Shown in pieces: positions 62,480 to 64,000 of a stretch of DNA of 64,000 nucleotides (positions are counted from its first letter, which is position 1; every line of letters begins with the position of its first letter). This DNA comes from Acidobacteriota bacterium (GTDB taxonomy: Bacteria; Acidobacteriota; UBA890; WLXD01). The notes beneath the pieces were generated by a model. It searched no databases. It was not told where the DNA came from and saw only the letters and a program-made list of their open reading frames with translations. The stretch covers positions 512,001-576,000 of the forward strand of contig CAXWPH010000015.1 in NCBI GenBank assembly GCA_963666055.2, written 5' to 3'. The position numbers and the translations under genes were made by a program.

Positions 62480-63891
62480 CGGATCAAATACCACTCGGTC
62501 TGCCGTCCAGCCGGGTAGACCAACCCGTCGCGGGTGAATGCGGTCACCGTTTCCGAGTGGAGGCGCACGACCAGACCCTCCCACTCCGGGACGGGGTACT
62601 CGATGTCGATCTCCAGCGCGTAGACCGTATCGTACTCCAGCGGGTGGTCGGCGCTAGTGAGGCGATAGTGGAACGGTGGGCCACGCAGGTCGTAGCGTGG
62701 ACCCCTGTCGCGATCATCGCCCGGATCGTCCGGCGGCTCGTCGGTGATGGCAGTGCCCGCGAAGTAGTGGTCGCGAGTGAAGAAGCCGCCGTTGAGCTGG
62801 TAACGCATGAACCAGTAGCTGATCGGGTGCGCGTAGATTCGTGGCCGGATACCTTCTTGCCTGGCGCGCGCCGAGGCCGCCGTATCGATATCGCGGCCCG
62901 TGCGCCGGTGCTGCATCTCTTCGCCGATGATGTCTTGCAGCCGGTTGAGGTGACGCATCGCCTCTTTCAGGCCTGCGGGCGCGTCGGTCTCGCCCGGCAG
63001 GAGCACGTAGGCGGCCTGCTGGGTGTCGGTGTTGATGCCGAGGTAGCGGATGCCGGTGTCGTTGAACAGCAGATCGCCTCGCCGGATGACGATGTCCATC
63101 CCGTTGCGCGGGCTGGTGTCGATGCGGAAGTACTCGTCGGGATCGCCGTACCTGGCACGCTCGGCGCGGCTGCGCTGCACGGTGACCGTCGGGTGGTCGT
63201 CGGTGTCGATGCCGAGGTCGATGTAGCGCTGCCGGATCCACCAGTTCAGATCGTTGGTCGTGGTGACGTCAGGCACGATGACCCGGTTCGAGTAGCCCTC
63301 GCCGATCACGTCGTGGGCAACTCCGATGACATGGCGGAAGATACTGATCTCCTCTGGCGTACGGGCCTCCAGCCACCAGATCGCCAGATCGGAGTCGGAG
63401 GTCAGGCGATCGGCATACGGGGCGCCGATGCGTCGCGCCAGCTCGGCCCGATGATCGGCGCCGAAGCCGTCGTTGATGACGATCCTGTGGGGATTCCGCG
63501 CCTGGACGATGCCGGCCAGATCGTCGAAGCGGGCGCCGGTGCGCTCGACACCGGCCTCCGCGCCGCGATCGTGAAGGACGATGAACGGCGTCCATTCGGC
63601 GACGTGACCATCATCGTCACTGGGCAGCAACGACAGGTAGATCGGCCCCTCGTCGTTGCGCACGATCCACATGTCCGCCCCCGCCCGCCGCATGACCGTG
63701 GGCAGCACCGTCGCGACCTTTCCCTTCAACAGGCGGTCCATGAGCTCAGCCTGTGCGCGCGTCCCGTAGACGGCCTCGACGTCGCGGACCGAGCTGATCC
63801 CGTGAGCCCGCTCCTGGCCGGCGCCCGGACTGCCGCCGGCCGCAGCGGCCATGACTAACAACAAGGTTGCAAGCAACAAGGACTTCCGCAC
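62476..63891 (-). CDS. Secreted M24 family aminopeptidase-like protein
   Basis: NDTGIRYLGINTDTQQ, YAHP, ALEID, HSET; paralog of 40911-42281. Confidence 0.82.
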   Translation of the reverse strand: MRKSLLLATLLLVMAAAAGGSPGAGQERAHGISSVRDVEAVYGTRAQAELMDRLLKGKVATVLPTVMRRAGADMWIVRNDEGPIYLSLLPSDDDGHVAEWTPFIVLHDRGAEAGVERTGARFDDLAGIVQARNPHRIVINDGFGADHRAELARRIGAPYADRLTSDSDLAIWWLEARTPEEISIFRHVIGVAHDVIGEGYSNRVIVPDVTTTNDLNWWIRQRYIDLGIDTDDHPTVTVQRSRAERARYGDPDEYFRIDTSPRNGMDIVIRRGDLLFNDTGIRYLGINTDTQQAAYVLLPGETDAPAGLKEAMRHLNRLQDIIGEEMQHRRTGRDIDTAASARARQEGIRPRIYAHPISYWFMRYQLNGGFFTRDHYFAGTAITDEPPDDPGDDRDRGPRYDLRGPPFHYRLTSADHPLEYDTVYALEIDIEYPVPEWEGLVVRLHSETVTAFTRDGLVYPAGRQTEWYLIR

Positions 63892-63916
63892 GGCAGCACT
63901 CCTGTTCAGATGCGTG

Positions 63917-64000
63917 CTAGCAGACCGTGGTGAAAGTGTGGTGGGTCTGGTTACGGCGAGTTGGGGCCAGATGCAAGGCGGCCTGACACAGGCGATGCCC
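63917..64000. mobile_element. MITE copy 3, inverted, runs off the window
   Basis: ctagcagaccgtggtgaaagtgtggtgggtctggttacggcgagttggggccagatgcaagg... is the reverse complement of the right end of copy 1. Confidence 0.85.

Overview
High-GC bacterial chromosomal window, probably Acidobacteriota. This rests on an ADOP-type duplicated permease, Ser/Thr kinases ending in '...LNWFxELKRLVP', DUF5916 proteins and an 'IFADGFESGD' C-terminus. The left end holds an M16 protease, a membrane methyltransferase, a kinase-TPR protein, an MscS channel and tRNA-Leu(CAA). Next come a tyrosine integrase and excisionase, then a ~17 kb mosaic region (about 9.3-26 kb) of intact single genes and half-genes. This mosaic is punctuated by repeated copies of the last ~48 bp of a Ser/Thr kinase gene (LNWFDELKRLVPTDP*), which contain an inverted repeat around a 7-bp spacer, and by scattered kinase 5' fragments. 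The arrangement suggests a cassette-like accretion hotspot built on a protein-coding repeat (inference). Other highlights: an unannotated selenoprotein (peroxiredoxin-like, UxxC, with a SECIS-like hairpin) divergent from a MarR gene; a porin / CuA cupredoxin / di-heme operon behind tandem DtxR-like boxes; groES-groEL with a CIRCE element; and a CTAG-targeting MITE family (3 copies plus remnants) whose ends coincide with TAG stop codons. Several apparent frameshifts are single extra bases in short homopolymers and look like sequencing errors.
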